A stretch of DNA of 64,000 nt from Bacillota bacterium. GTDB taxonomy: Bacteria; Bacillota; UBA5301; JAMCQP01. Of the stretch, positions 18,344-29,010 are shown piece by piece. Every line of letters begins with the position of its first letter. Position 1 is the stretch's first letter. The translations under genes were made by a program, and so were the position numbers. The DNA lies in assembly GCA_023381695.1 (NCBI GenBank), contig JAMCQP010000045.1:6263-70262 (forward strand), written 5' to 3'. The notes beneath the pieces were generated by a model. It saw only the letters and a list, made by a program, of their open reading frames with translations, had not been told where the DNA came from and ran no database searches.

Positions 18344-19214
18344 TAGCTTCCGCCACCCCTTCTTCTGTATTGGGCCGGGTCACGTAGGTGGCCTGCGCCT
18401 TCAAAACCGCAGGCGCATTTCCCATCGCCACCGAAACCCCCGCGAATTGCAGCATTTCCAGGTCGTTGTAGCCGTCCCCGATGGCCATTACATCGGCTGG
18501 CTCGATCCCCAGGCGCCGGGCGAGAAAAGCCAGCGCTCGCCCCTTGGAGACCCCATCCACCATCATTTCGACAAACTCGGGCTTGGATCCTGTAACATGC
18601 AGGATCCCCGGAAATTGCCCGCGGAAAAGCGATAGCCATTTTTGCGAGGCTTCTGGCGCCACGACAACCAGGAGTTTGGTGGGAGAAAGTTTCCCGCCTG
18701 GCACCTTATCAGACTTCCCCGCACCATTACCTCCACCAGCAGCACTTGACCCGGACTTCTCCATGTTTTGAAGAAATTTGACCAGATCCCCGACAACTTC
18801 CGACTCCACGCCGCTGATCCGCCGGTAGTATTCCGCTTCCGGGCGCAGGCGCTCCACATACAGGATATCGTTGATGTAAACGTTCAAGTGCAGATCGTTT
18901 TCCCGGCAGATAGCCGCCACGCGTTTGGCGTGCTCAAAGGGGATCTGCTCGTGAAAGAGAATCTCTCCGGTTTGCGGGTGCTCGATCAGTGCGCCGTTAT
19001 AGGCGATGAGCGGCGCGGCGATTCCCAGCTCCCGGGCATATGGAAGCACCGACCGGAACATCCGGCCGGTGGCCAAAGTCACCAAAACTCCTTTGTCAGC
19101 AGCCTTTTGCAGCGCCCCCCGGCTCCTGGGCGGTATGGTAAGGTCGGGAACGAGCAAGGTATCGTCCATATCCACCGCAATAAGCCGGATATTGGGTTTA
19201 CTTTTATGGCCCAG
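18324..19214 (-). CDS. Cof-type HAD-IIB hydrolase; probable CTG start
   Basis: IRLIAVDMDDTLL, ATGR, NGA, KGRAL and GDGYNDLEML. The GTG at 19175 would cut motif I; the in-frame CTG at 19214 lies 8 nt after GGAGG. Confidence 0.88.
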   Translation of the reverse strand: MGHKSKPNIRLIAVDMDDTLLVPDLTIPPRSRGALQKAADKGVLVTLATGRMFRSVLPYARELGIAAPLIAYNGALIEHPQTGEILFHEQIPFEHAKRVAAICRENDLHLNVYINDILYVERLRPEAEYYRRISGVESEVVGDLVKFLQNMEKSGSSAAGGGNGAGKSDKVPGGKLSPTKLLVVVAPEASQKWLSLFRGQFPGILHVTGSKPEFVEMMVDGVSKGRALAFLARRLGIEPADVMAIGDGYNDLEMLQFAGVSVAMGNAPAVLKAQATYVTRPNTEEGVAEAIERFVL

Positions 19215-19246
19215 TTCAAGTCCCTCCAGAAGTTACGGCTCCAAAA

Positions 19247-19597
19247 TCATTTCGGCAAAGTGGCTTGATCGTATACCACTCTACCGGAGTCGAGAATTTC
19301 TTTTATGAAAAAATGCATCTCTCCCGTGTCCCTTACCTCATCAGTGCCGATTGGACGTGGCTCTATGGCAGGATCCGCGCCCGAATTGATGATCAAGCGA
19401 TAAAGCAGCTGGCTTTCACGCAGAAAATCCTTCCCAAAGGCGGGAGAAATAATGGCCAGATCAATGTCGCTTGTCTCATGAGGATTCCCTTTGGCGTAAG
19501 AACCATAGAGAATGGCTCTTTCGACCGGCACCACATCCTGCACAACCCTGATATATTTGTTTACAGCTGTTCGAACTTCAGATTCTGTTCTAACCAT
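19247..19597 (-). CDS. Minimal nucleotidyltransferase (MNT), partner of the adjacent HEPN
   Basis: LYGSYAKG....SDIDLAII. Confidence 0.88.
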   Translation of the reverse strand: MVRTESEVRTAVNKYIRVVQDVVPVERAILYGSYAKGNPHETSDIDLAIISPAFGKDFLRESQLLYRLIINSGADPAIEPRPIGTDEVRDTGEMHFFIKEILDSGRVVYDQATLPK

Positions 19598-19962
19598 TTG
19601 AGAAGCTCCTCCGTTTTTTTAAGTAGCAAACCAACCATCTCCGGGGTATTATCTTGTATAAGCCTTTGCCGATCCACCGGGTACCTTCCCTCAATCTGAA
19701 AAGGCATCAATTCCGCTAGCAAATCCCTGTACTGCGTCGGAATTTTGTCCAAAGTATGCGACTCCGCAGCGAGTAGCAACAAGTTGTGGGTTTTGGGAGC
19801 GGGCTTTGACACAGTGAACGCATAATGAGCTTTGAGCGCTTTCTCTGCCGTAAGGTGACAAAAGAAGGCACTTTCCAGATAACGTTTTTTCTCGAAAAGG
19901 GCTTGGGCCGTTATCATACTTTCACGAGCCTCCCGGATCCAATACTGGCTCTCTTGCCTCAT
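19561..19962 (-). CDS. HEPN-domain protein
   Basis: W..EA...AFFCHLTAEKALKA, KTHNL..L, RYP; start MRQESQ. Confidence 0.88.
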   Translation of the reverse strand: MRQESQYWIREARESMITAQALFEKKRYLESAFFCHLTAEKALKAHYAFTVSKPAPKTHNLLLLAAESHTLDKIPTQYRDLLAELMPFQIEGRYPVDRQRLIQDNTPEMVGLLLKKTEELLKWLEQNLKFEQL

Positions 19963-20139
19963 TGGCCCGTCCCCCTTTCCATGTGGAATGTCCACTAACA
20001 ATAGTTTATCATACAATGATGCCGAAAGAAACCAGCATCTTGTTAGCCAGGCGATCTTTATACCAATTGTTTTGACCATTGAGATAATAGATAATAAGAG
20101 ACGGTGGGATCCAAATCCTTAATCCAATATGGTAATTCA

Positions 20140-20943
20140 CTACCCTTCCCGGTTGAAGAGCGCCACGGCCCCGGTAATCATGGCCGCCGCCATGACGATG
20201 ATTACCGCCAGATCCGTCCCCAGAGCAAACTCATGCAGGCCGATGATCACGCTTTTCATGGCGTCAATCCCGTATGCCAGCGGGTTAATCCGGGCAATGA
20301 CCCCCATCCACGCGGGCAGGCCGCGCAGAGGAAACATTGCGCCGCTCAAGAAGAACATGGGCATCACAAAGAAGTTCATGAGCAGTTGGAAGGACTGCAT
20401 CGACTCCATCCGCGCCGCGATGAGGATCCCCGTGGAGGCCAGGGCGAAGGAGATCAAAAACATCAGGCCCAGGGCCTCAAGTACCATGGGCAAGGAGAGC
20501 CTCATGCCGATCAACGGCGCAAAGAGGAGCACCAGCGCCCCCTGAAGCATCGCCGTCGTGCTGCCGCTCAGGGCTTTCCCGATCACGATGGCGGTCCGGG
20601 AGACGGGGGCAACCAGGATCTCTTTGAGAAAACCGAATTCCCGGTCCCAGACGATAGAGATCGAAGAGAAGAGCGAAGCGAAGAGCACGGTCATCCCCAC
20701 CACGCCAGGGAACATGAATTTCACGTAGTCCACTCCCTGTGGGCCGGCAAAGCTTGAGCCGAGCCCTTTCCCCATGATGAACAGCCAGACCGCCGGCTGG
20801 ATCAGGGAGGTGACAATCCGGGCCTTCTCCCGCAAAAACCGGATCAACTCCCTGAGCCAGATTACATAGACTGCTTTGGCGTTGTTCAACAGCCTGTTTG
20901 TCCCTTTAGCTTCTGAATATCCTTTATATCCGCCGGTCTCCAT
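20140..20943 (-). CDS. ABC-2 type exporter permease (DrrB-like)
   Basis: Multiple TM segments, DREFGFLKEILVAPVSR, FLSGAMFP, NPLAYGID. Confidence 0.9.
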   Translation of the reverse strand: METGGYKGYSEAKGTNRLLNNAKAVYVIWLRELIRFLREKARIVTSLIQPAVWLFIMGKGLGSSFAGPQGVDYVKFMFPGVVGMTVLFASLFSSISIVWDREFGFLKEILVAPVSRTAIVIGKALSGSTTAMLQGALVLLFAPLIGMRLSLPMVLEALGLMFLISFALASTGILIAARMESMQSFQLLMNFFVMPMFFLSGAMFPLRGLPAWMGVIARINPLAYGIDAMKSVIIGLHEFALGTDLAVIIVMAAAMITGAVALFNREG

Positions 20944-21923
20944 CAGTGTCCCGCCCTCCTCATCCGCACATGCGCCCTCATCCGATCCTTCCCGCTGACC
21001 TGTTCCTCCCGGATGGCATGTCCTGTCAGCTTCAGGAATACATCGTCCAGAGTTGGCCGGCGCAGGCTGACGGACCTGATCCTGGTTCTCAACTCCGCAA
21101 ACAGCTTCGGAATAAACTCCTCGCCGTTTTCGATCTCGAAGTGCAGCCCCTCGTCATCCCTGTTCACCTGCACGCCGAACTTTTCCGCGATTGCCGCCGC
21201 GGCCTCCGCATCGTCAGCCGTTTTCAGGGAGATTACCTCCCCGCCCACCAGCCGTTTCAGCCCGTCTGGCGTATCCAGAGCCACAATCTGGCCATGGTCG
21301 ATGATCGCGATCCGATCGCAGTTTTCCGCCTCGTCCATGTAATGGGTGGTCATGAAGATGGTGATCTTCTCCCGTTCCCGGAGCTGGTGGATGTAGCCCC
21401 AGATGTGGTTGCGCGTCTGGGGGTCCAATCCCACCGTTGGCTCATCCAAAAAGAGCACCCTGGGGTAGTGCAGAAGGCCCCGGGCGATCTCCAGGCGGCG
21501 CTTCATCCCGCCCGAATAGGTCTTTACCACGTCGGTCTGGCGGTCGGACAGGTCCACCATCTTCAGCACCTCGGCCATCCGCTCCTCCCTTTCCTTCGGG
21601 GGGACGCCGTAAAGCATGGCGTGGAAGACCAGATTCTCCCTGGCCGTCAACGATTCATCCAGGCTCGGGTCCTGAAAGACCAGCCCGATGGAGCGGCGCA
21701 CCTCGTTGGGCTGGCCGGCGATATTGTACCCGGCCAGCCGGGCGGTGCCGCTCGTGGGTTTGAGAAGGGTGCTCAGCATCTTGATGGTGGTGGACTTCCC
21801 GGCCCCGTTGGGTCCCAGAAAGCCGAAGATCTCCCCCTGCTCAACCTCCAGGGAAATATCCTTGACCGCCAGCACGGCGCCAAACTCCTTGCGCAGGTTG
21901 TCAACCTCGACAATCTTCACCAA
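20943..21923 (-). CDS. ABC exporter ATP-binding subunit (DrrA family)
   Basis: GPNGAGKST, YSGGMKRRLE, LFLDEPT, PTLDDVFL. Confidence 0.93.
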   Translation of the reverse strand: MVKIVEVDNLRKEFGAVLAVKDISLEVEQGEIFGFLGPNGAGKSTTIKMLSTLLKPTSGTARLAGYNIAGQPNEVRRSIGLVFQDPSLDESLTARENLVFHAMLYGVPPKEREERMAEVLKMVDLSDRQTDVVKTYSGGMKRRLEIARGLLHYPRVLFLDEPTVGLDPQTRNHIWGYIHQLREREKITIFMTTHYMDEAENCDRIAIIDHGQIVALDTPDGLKRLVGGEVISLKTADDAEAAAAIAEKFGVQVNRDDEGLHFEIENGEEFIPKLFAELRTRIRSVSLRRPTLDDVFLKLTGHAIREEQVSGKDRMRAHVRMRRAGH

Positions 21924-22075
21924 TCATTCCTCCTGGTTGTCTAAAACGACCTTGCCGTTTCAAATGATCCATATCCTGGATAACATTATAATACCCAAAT
22001 TGAAAATGTAAAAGGGGAACTTCCCAGCGATCATATTAAATGATATAATCAACTCACGAGAGGGCAGGGAGGTCT

Positions 22076-23224
22076 ATGAATATTCCAGGATTTACGGCGA
22101 AAGAGCTTGAGCGAAACCTTCAAATAGCCCAGAAGCAATCTGGTTTTTTCTCTGCTAATATCTTCCAGGTTCCAAACGGCCACACTTATCTGAAAGGACA
22201 AACGATCAGCTTTCATCCCTGGAGTCCGGGGAAACCCTGCCCTTGTGGCAGCGGAGCCGCCTTCGGGAATTGTTGTGCGCCCTTCGAAGCCAACAGGATC
22301 TTTGTGAGAGACGCGGATGGTGATGGTTTCTCGATTGCCCTGACATATGCGGAGACATGGCGGCCTTGGGCCTTGGCGAAAAAACGGTTCTATTCCAGTC
22401 TTACCGCATGTCGTTCGGCACTGTGGAGATAACTCCTGATTTCCTGAAAATAGAAGCATTGAGCCGGTCGCGCTATCTCAGTTTACGCCGAACGCTGGAA
22501 AAAGCTTTCGGCGGAGAACTCCCCCCCGGCTTGCTTTCAACACAGCTGCTGGGCCCCTCCAACAAGGAAGTAACCCCCTCATCCGGCGCCGGTGTTCCAA
22601 TACTTGAAGACTATCGAAAAGTACGCGAGCGCCAACAGCAACTACTCTCGTCGGCCCGTGACGAGCTATTTCGCGACGAAATCCGACAGGCGGCCAAAGC
22701 CTTAAAAATCCTGGGACCGGATGGGATTGTGCTCTTTGATGACGAGAGAGAAGCGGACTTTGTTGATAGACTATGCCCTATTCGAAATTAAAAGGCATGG
22801 AAAAAGCATTATCCAGCATTTCATGCGCAACAAACCGCCTGTAGAAGAGATGAACGCGCTTATTTACCGTAGTTTTGAGCAGTCCTTTGTATCCGTTTTT
22901 CAGATTAAGGAGATCGGAAGTGATGCGATACTTCTTCGCGATCTCATGGCCTCCGAGAACAATGAGATGTATCTGGCGGATTTCGGGCTGATGGCAACTG
23001 GTCGGCCGGATCTCATTATTTTCGCCAGAGCGCTGCCGTTCCCGCGTTATATCATGTTTTCCGGGTGGGGGCTGGTGGTGGCGGAAGATAAAGATGCCGG
23101 GAAAATCCTGGCAGATTATCGCCAGGCCCTCCTGAACGTACCAAGAAAGGCGCAAGTAGCGCATGGGATACGATTCTTCAGGAAACTTGCAACCCCATTT
23201 GCTGGTGTCCCTTCCCATCTGTAG
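22076..23224 (+). pseudogene. SEC-C motif protein broken across three reading frames
   Basis: CPCGSG..F..CC in ORF 22076-22432, continued by overlapping ORFs 22357-22791 and 22721-23224; second junction GCG GAC TTT G TTG ATA GAC TAT at ~22762. Confidence 0.65.
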
Positions 23225-23267
23225 CCCCAGTATGGTATAATCACGCCATGAGGGAGCGCCGGTTGCT

Positions 23268-23630
23268 TTGAATGATAACGCAGATCGCGAATGGGCGAAC
23301 AAAGAGGGCGAGTACGCAGCACTCCTTGAGAAGGAACTCGCCTGCATAGTGGAAAAGCTTCAGCAACTCGGGGCGATAAAAGTAATTCTTTTTGGCTCCT
23401 ATGCCAGAGGCCGGGCTGACCTTTTTACCGATCTAGATCTTCTGGTGGTTCTGGATAGCAAACTACCGTTTGTGGAACGAACGGCGCGGCTCTATGGACA
23501 GCTTGTACCGCGTGTTGCAACAGATATCCTGGCGTACACTCCCGAAGAATGGAAAGCAATACAAGAACGGCCCTTTATTAAAAACGCCCTTTCAGAAGGG
23601 AAGGTTCTGTATGAGGAAACCCGCAATTGA
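23268..23630 (+). CDS. Minimal nucleotidyltransferase (MNT)
   Basis: ILFGSYARG....TDLDLLVV, DILAYTPEEW. Confidence 0.9.
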   Translation: MNDNADREWANKEGEYAALLEKELACIVEKLQQLGAIKVILFGSYARGRADLFTDLDLLVVLDSKLPFVERTARLYGQLVPRVATDILAYTPEEWKAIQERPFIKNALSEGKVLYEETRN

Positions 23631-24018
23631 GGAAGCTGGACGGTGGCTTGACCAATCCCGGGAAGATATCAAGTGGGCACGTAAGCTGGCCGAGGAAGGA
23701 GGGTATCATATTGCCTGCTTCCTGGCTCAACAGGTCGCTGAAAAAGCCCTCAAGGCTTTCCTCTATGCGAACGGCGAATCGGTAGTTTTGGGGCATTCGG
23801 TGAATACATTGACCGAAAAAGCCGGGCAATACAACACAAGGATGAACGAAAAACGCAGTTCGTGGGCGATACTTGATGGTTATTATATTCCTACCCGGTA
23901 TCCGAACGGGCTGCCGGACAGTATCCCCGCAAAGGTTTATAATCAAAAAGCAGCCTCGGAGGCGGTCGCCCTGGCTGGCGATGTCGTAGACACCGTTGCC
24001 GAATTAACCGGCCTTTGA
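23611..24018 (+). CDS. HEPN-domain protein
   Basis: RWLDQSREDI, ACFLAQQVAEKALKA, GHSV, YYIPTRYPN; overlaps the MNT end. Confidence 0.9.
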   Translation: MRKPAIEEAGRWLDQSREDIKWARKLAEEGGYHIACFLAQQVAEKALKAFLYANGESVVLGHSVNTLTEKAGQYNTRMNEKRSSWAILDGYYIPTRYPNGLPDSIPAKVYNQKAASEAVALAGDVVDTVAELTGL

Positions 24019-24047
24019 TTGCATCGCCATACTAGTTCTGATGGTTC

Positions 24048-26006
24048 CTACTTGCGCAGATGCTGCCAGACGGCCTCGGCGACTTCCCGGCTCATGCCCG
24101 GCACCGCCGCCAGTTCTTCCGCGCTGGCCTCCCCCACCCGCTTGATGGATCCAAAATGCTTGAGGAGGGCCTTCTTCCGTTTGGGGCCGATCCCGGCCAC
24201 TTCATCCAGCTTCGAACTCACATCCCGTTTCCCGCGCAACTCCCGGTGGTAAGTCACGGCAAACCGGTGGGCCTCGTCCCTGACGCGTTGCACAAGGTAC
24301 AAAGCCATGGAATCCCTGGGGAGAATCACCGGGTCGGACTGGTTTTCCTTGAAGATGTGCTCAAATTCCTTGGCCAACCCCACCGTTGGCACTTCCGCCA
24401 CTCCGAGTTCGTGCATGACTTCCCGGGCGGCGTTAAGCTGCCCCTTTCCGCCGTCGATCAGGACCAGATCCGGAAAAACAGCAAACTTGGTTGTACCAGC
24501 TGCGACAGGCCCAGAAGCCACCCTATCCGATACTCTGTTGGCTTCCTGTGCATTTTCCTCCTCCTGAGCTTTCCCTGCTTCCTGCACCTTCTGCACCTCT
24601 TCTGCCGCCTGCGCCGCCAACTCCTCCCTCTCCCGCAGCCCGCGGAGGAACCTGCGCCGGATGACCTCCTGCATCATGGCAAAGTCGTTGGGGCCCTCCA
24701 CCGTCTTGATCTTGAACCGGCGGTACTCGGACGGGGCCGCTTTCCCGCCTGCGAAGACCACCATCGATCCCACGGCCTCCGCGCCCTGGATGTTGGAGAT
24801 ATCATATGCCTCGATCCGGTCCGGAAGATTGGGCAGATCGAGATACTGCTGCAATTCCAGGACGGCGCCTTCCGTCCGCGCCTTTTCGGTGGCGGCCTTC
24901 GTCTCTTCTTCCGCCAGCGCCAGGGCGGCGTTGCGGACCACCATCTCCACCAGTTCCTTCTTTTCGCCCCGCCGGGGCACCCGCACGTAAACCCGCTGGC
25001 CTTTCTTCTCGGCCAGCCAGTTCTCCACCAGGGCGGAATCCTCGATCCCGTGCCGCAACAACACCTCTTTCGGCACGTAGGCCGCCTCGGAGTAATACTG
25101 CTGCACAAAGGCCGTCATGATGCTCTCCGGAGAATCGTCCGCCACGCCTTCCAGCATGAATTGCTCCCGGCCCACCAGCTTGCCGCTCCGCACAAAGAAG
25201 ACCTGCGCGCAGGCCGCATTAAGCGGCGCGCTCACCGTAAAGGCCAGCACATCCTGATCCTCCCCCTCGAAGGAGACGATCTTCTGTTTCTCGATGACCT
25301 TCTCCATGGCCGCGATCCGATCCCGGATCTCCGCCGCCTTTTCGAAGGCCAGGCCGTCGGCGGCCTCCTGCATCTTTCGCCGCATCTCGGGCAACAGGAG
25401 TTCCTGCCTGCCTTCCAGGAAGAGACAGACCTGGTCGATCATCTGGCGGTACTCCTCGGGTTTGATCAGGCCGGCGCAGGGCGCCGCGCACCGCTTGATG
25501 TGGAAGTTGAGGCAGGGCCGTTCCTGGCCGTCCGGGCCGATATTCTTCCGGCAACTGCGGATCGGGAAGAATTTTTTCAGAAATGCAAACGTCTCCCGCA
25601 TGGCGCCCACATTGGTGTAAGGGCCGAAGTACCTGCTTCCGTCCTCCTGGATCCGCCGCACCACAAACACCCGCGGGAAAAGTTCATTCACCGTCACCTT
25701 CAGGTAGGGGTAGCTCTTGTCGTCCTTGAGACGCACGTTATACCAGGGCGAATGCTTCTTGATCAGGTTGGACTCCAGGATCAGCGCCTCAACCTCGGAG
25801 TCGGTGGTGATGCACTCGAAGTCCGCGATCTTCTCCACCAGAGCCTCCACCTTGGCGCCATGGTACCGGGAAGACTGAAAGTACGAACGGACGCGGTTTT
25901 TCAGGGAGACTGCTTTCCCGACATAGATGATCTCCCCGTCCCTGTCCTTCATCAAATAAACGCCGGGTTTCCCCGGCAAAAGCTTGAGTTTTTCCTCAAG
26001 GGTCAT
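24048..26006 (-). CDS. uvrC: Excinuclease ABC subunit C
   Basis: GIY-YIG domain (PGVYLM..IIYVGKA), UVR domain, RIEAYDISN, LIDGGKGQ, RDEAHRFA, HhH; carries a ~40-aa low-complexity insertion. Confidence 0.97.
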   Translation of the reverse strand: MTLEEKLKLLPGKPGVYLMKDRDGEIIYVGKAVSLKNRVRSYFQSSRYHGAKVEALVEKIADFECITTDSEVEALILESNLIKKHSPWYNVRLKDDKSYPYLKVTVNELFPRVFVVRRIQEDGSRYFGPYTNVGAMRETFAFLKKFFPIRSCRKNIGPDGQERPCLNFHIKRCAAPCAGLIKPEEYRQMIDQVCLFLEGRQELLLPEMRRKMQEAADGLAFEKAAEIRDRIAAMEKVIEKQKIVSFEGEDQDVLAFTVSAPLNAACAQVFFVRSGKLVGREQFMLEGVADDSPESIMTAFVQQYYSEAAYVPKEVLLRHGIEDSALVENWLAEKKGQRVYVRVPRRGEKKELVEMVVRNAALALAEEETKAATEKARTEGAVLELQQYLDLPNLPDRIEAYDISNIQGAEAVGSMVVFAGGKAAPSEYRRFKIKTVEGPNDFAMMQEVIRRRFLRGLREREELAAQAAEEVQKVQEAGKAQEEENAQEANRVSDRVASGPVAAGTTKFAVFPDLVLIDGGKGQLNAAREVMHELGVAEVPTVGLAKEFEHIFKENQSDPVILPRDSMALYLVQRVRDEAHRFAVTYHRELRGKRDVSSKLDEVAGIGPKRKKALLKHFGSIKRVGEASAEELAAVPGMSREVAEAVWQHLRK

Positions 26007-26103
26007 TCGAATCAGCCTTTCGTCACTTTCCGATGACGGCATTACCTTGCAATGGCGGAGTTACCACCGGATCAAGCAGGAAAGGCCAGCGGCCGCCCAG
26101 TGG

Positions 26104-28989
26104 CTATCTTGCCGGTACGCCCGCCCGCCCCGACGAGGCCGTGGCCGCCGCCTCCTCTTCCGGCAGCTCCGTCATCCCCAGAATCGGCCGGAGGTAATAA
26201 CCCGTATACGAACCCGGGATCATCGCCACCTCTTCCGGCGAGCCCTGGGCAATCACCCGGCCGCCCCGGTCGCCGCCCTCGGGCCCCAGATCAATAATAT
26301 AATCCGCGGTCTTGATCACGTCAAGGTTGTGTTCGATGACCAGCACCGTGTCACCGGCATCCGTAAGCTGGTTCAACACCTCCAGCAATTTGTGGATATC
26401 GGCGATGTGCAGGCCGGTGGTGGGCTCGTCGAGAATATACAGGGTCTTGCCGTTGCTGCGCCGGCTGAGTTCGGTGGCCAGCTTCACCCGCTGCGCCTCG
26501 CCGCCGGAGAGCTCCGTGGCCGGCTGCCCCAGCTTGATGTAGCCCAACCCCACGTCGTAGAGGGTCTGGAGCTTCCGCTTCAGCCTGGGGATGTTCTCAA
26601 AGAAGGCCAGCGCCTCCTCCACCCGCATATCCAGGACCTCGGCGATGTTCTTGCCCTTGTACCGGACCTCCAGGGTCTCGCGGTTGTACCGTTTCCCCTT
26701 GCAGACCTCGCACGGGACATAAATATCCGGCAGGAAGTGCATCTCGATCTTGATGATCCCATCTCCGCTGCAGGCCTCGCAGCGCCCGCCCTTGACGTTG
26801 AAGCTGAACCTGCCGGGAGCATAACCGCGCATCTTGGCCTCCGGCGTCTGGGCGAAGACCTCCCTGACCAGATCAAAAAGTCCCGTATACGTCGCCGGGT
26901 TGGACCGCGGCGTGCGCCCGATGGGAGACTGGTCTATATCTATGACCTTGTCCAGATACTTGATGCCGGCAATGGCGTCGTGATCCCCGGGTTTGGTGGT
27001 GGCCCGGTTCAATTCATGCGCCAGCCGCTTGTAAAGAATCTCATTGATCAGGGTGCTCTTTCCGGAGCCGGAGACCCCGGTGACGCACACGAACACGCCA
27101 AGAGGAATCCTGACGTCGATATCCTTCAGATTGTGTTCCCGGGCCCCCTTGATCTCCAGGTGCTTTCCGTTTGGCTGCCGCCGCCTGGACGGGACGGGAA
27201 TCGACTTCTTCCCGCTCAGATACTGCCCGGTGATCGACTCCGGGCAGGCCATAATCTCGTCGATGGTCCCCGCGGCCACCAACCGCCCGCCGTGGGTGCC
27301 GGCTCCAGGGCCGATGTCGATGATGTAATCGGCCTCGCGCATGGTCTCCTCGTCGTGTTCCACCACCAGCAGGGTGTTGCCCAGATCCCGCAGCCCCCTG
27401 AGGGTGTCCAGCAGCCGCCGGTTGTCCCGCTGGTGCAGCCCAATGCTGGGTTCGTCCAGGATGTACAGGACCCCCATCAGGCTGGAGCCGATCTGGGTGG
27501 CCAGGCGGATCCGCTGCGCCTCGCCGCCGGAGAGCGTGCCGGCTGTCCGGTCCAGGGTGAGGTAATCCAGCCCCACATTGACCAGGAAGCCCAGCCGGGC
27601 GTTGATCTCCTTGAGCACCTGGTGCCCGATGAACCGCTCCCGCTCGGTCAGCTTCAGATTCGCAAAGAACTCCTGCGCCTCCTTGATGGAGAAGCGGGTC
27701 ACTTCCCAGATGGATTTGCCGCCCACGGTCACCGCCAGGCTCTCCGGCCGCAGCCGCGCCCCGTGGCAGGCGGGGCAGGGGCGGGAGGTCATGAACTTTT
27801 CGATCTCCTCGTGGATGTAATCGGACTGCGACTCCCGAAACCGCCGTTCCAGAAGGGGGATGATCCCCTCGAAGACGCGCTCGTAATGCCGCTTCTCGCC
27901 CCAGCGGTTCTCATAGAGAAAACTCACGGTCTCCCCGTCGCTTCCGTAAAGCAGGACCTGCCTGACCTCCGGGCTCAACTTCCGGATCGGAAGGTTGGGA
28001 TCGACGTTGTACTGTTCGAGAAAGCCTTCCAGCATGCCGCCGTACCAGTTGCTCTTGCTGTCGGCCCAGGGCACGATGCCCCCGCCATGTATGGATTTAT
28101 CGCCGTCCAACACCAGTTCGGGGTCGATCTCCATCTTTTCGCCGAGGCCGTCGCAGGCCTGGCAGGCCCCAAACGGGCTGTTGAACGAGAACATCCGGGG
28201 GCTCAGCTCTTCGAAGCTGAGCCCGCACTCCACGCACGCGAACTTCTCGCTGAAGAGCAGCTCATTCTGGTCGATAACATCGATGATCACGATGCCGTCG
28301 CCGATCTTGAGGGCCGTCTCCACCGAGTCGGCCAGCCGCTGGGCGATGTCCGGCCGGATCACCAGCCTGTCCACCACCACCTCTATGGAGTGCTTCTTGT
28401 TCTTCTCCAGGTCGATCTGATCCGTGACCTCGTGGAGCTCCCCGTCCACCCGCACCCGCACAAAGCCTTCCTTGCGAATCTCCTCCAGCACCTTGCGGTA
28501 TTCGCCCTTGCGCCCCCGGGCCACCGGGCCCAGGACCTGGATGCGCGTCCGTTCCGGCAAAGCCAGCACCTGGTCGACGATCTGCTCCACCGTTTGCTGC
28601 GTGATCGGGCGGCCGCATTGCGGGCAGTGCGGGATGCCGATCCGGGCGAAGAGCAGCCGCAGGTAGTCGTAGATCTCCGTGACCGTCCCCACCGTGGAAC
28701 GAGGATTGCGGCTGGTGGTCTTCTGGTCGATGGAAATGGCGGGGGAAAGCCCCTCGATCAGGTCCACCTCCGGTTTGTCCATCTGCCCGAGGAACTGCCG
28801 GGCGTAGGCCGAAAGCGATTCCACATAGCGCCGCTGCCCCTCGGCGTAAATGGTATCAAAAGCCAGCGAGGACTTCCCCGAGCCGCTCAGTCCGGTGATT
28901 ACCACCAGCTTGTCCCGTGGGATCTCGACGTCGATATTCTTGAGATTGTGCTGGCGCGCGCCGCGCACAATAATCTTGTTCAGGCTCAT
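26104..28989 (-). CDS. uvrA: Excinuclease ABC subunit A
   Basis: [19 protein letters not shown], Zn fingers, two LSGGEAQR signatures, GVSGSGKST. Confidence 0.98.
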   Translation of the reverse strand: MSLNKIIVRGARQHNLKNIDVEIPRDKLVVITGLSGSGKSSLAFDTIYAEGQRRYVESLSAYARQFLGQMDKPEVDLIEGLSPAISIDQKTTSRNPRSTVGTVTEIYDYLRLLFARIGIPHCPQCGRPITQQTVEQIVDQVLALPERTRIQVLGPVARGRKGEYRKVLEEIRKEGFVRVRVDGELHEVTDQIDLEKNKKHSIEVVVDRLVIRPDIAQRLADSVETALKIGDGIVIIDVIDQNELLFSEKFACVECGLSFEELSPRMFSFNSPFGACQACDGLGEKMEIDPELVLDGDKSIHGGGIVPWADSKSNWYGGMLEGFLEQYNVDPNLPIRKLSPEVRQVLLYGSDGETVSFLYENRWGEKRHYERVFEGIIPLLERRFRESQSDYIHEEIEKFMTSRPCPACHGARLRPESLAVTVGGKSIWEVTRFSIKEAQEFFANLKLTERERFIGHQVLKEINARLGFLVNVGLDYLTLDRTAGTLSGGEAQRIRLATQIGSSLMGVLYILDEPSIGLHQRDNRRLLDTLRGLRDLGNTLLVVEHDEETMREADYIIDIGPGAGTHGGRLVAAGTIDEIMACPESITGQYLSGKKSIPVPSRRRQPNGKHLEIKGAREHNLKDIDVRIPLGVFVCVTGVSGSGKSTLINEILYKRLAHELNRATTKPGDHDAIAGIKYLDKVIDIDQSPIGRTPRSNPATYTGLFDLVREVFAQTPEAKMRGYAPGRFSFNVKGGRCEACSGDGIIKIEMHFLPDIYVPCEVCKGKRYNRETLEVRYKGKNIAEVLDMRVEEALAFFENIPRLKRKLQTLYDVGLGYIKLGQPATELSGGEAQRVKLATELSRRSNGKTLYILDEPTTGLHIADIHKLLEVLNQLTDAGDTVLVIEHNLDVIKTADYIIDLGPEGGDRGGRVIAQGSPEEVAMIPGSYTGYYLRPILGMTELPEEEAAATASSGRAGVPAR

Positions 28990-29010
28990 CTGATGTGAAC
29001 TCCCTTTTGG

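Noticed and set aside
19230-24045. Mobile element call for the HEPN/MNT islet
   Set aside because: No transposase, integrase, terminal inverted repeat or target-site duplication could be identified.
24487-24620. Intein in UvrC
   Set aside because: Far too short, and lacks Cys/Ser-start and His-Asn-end splicing motifs.
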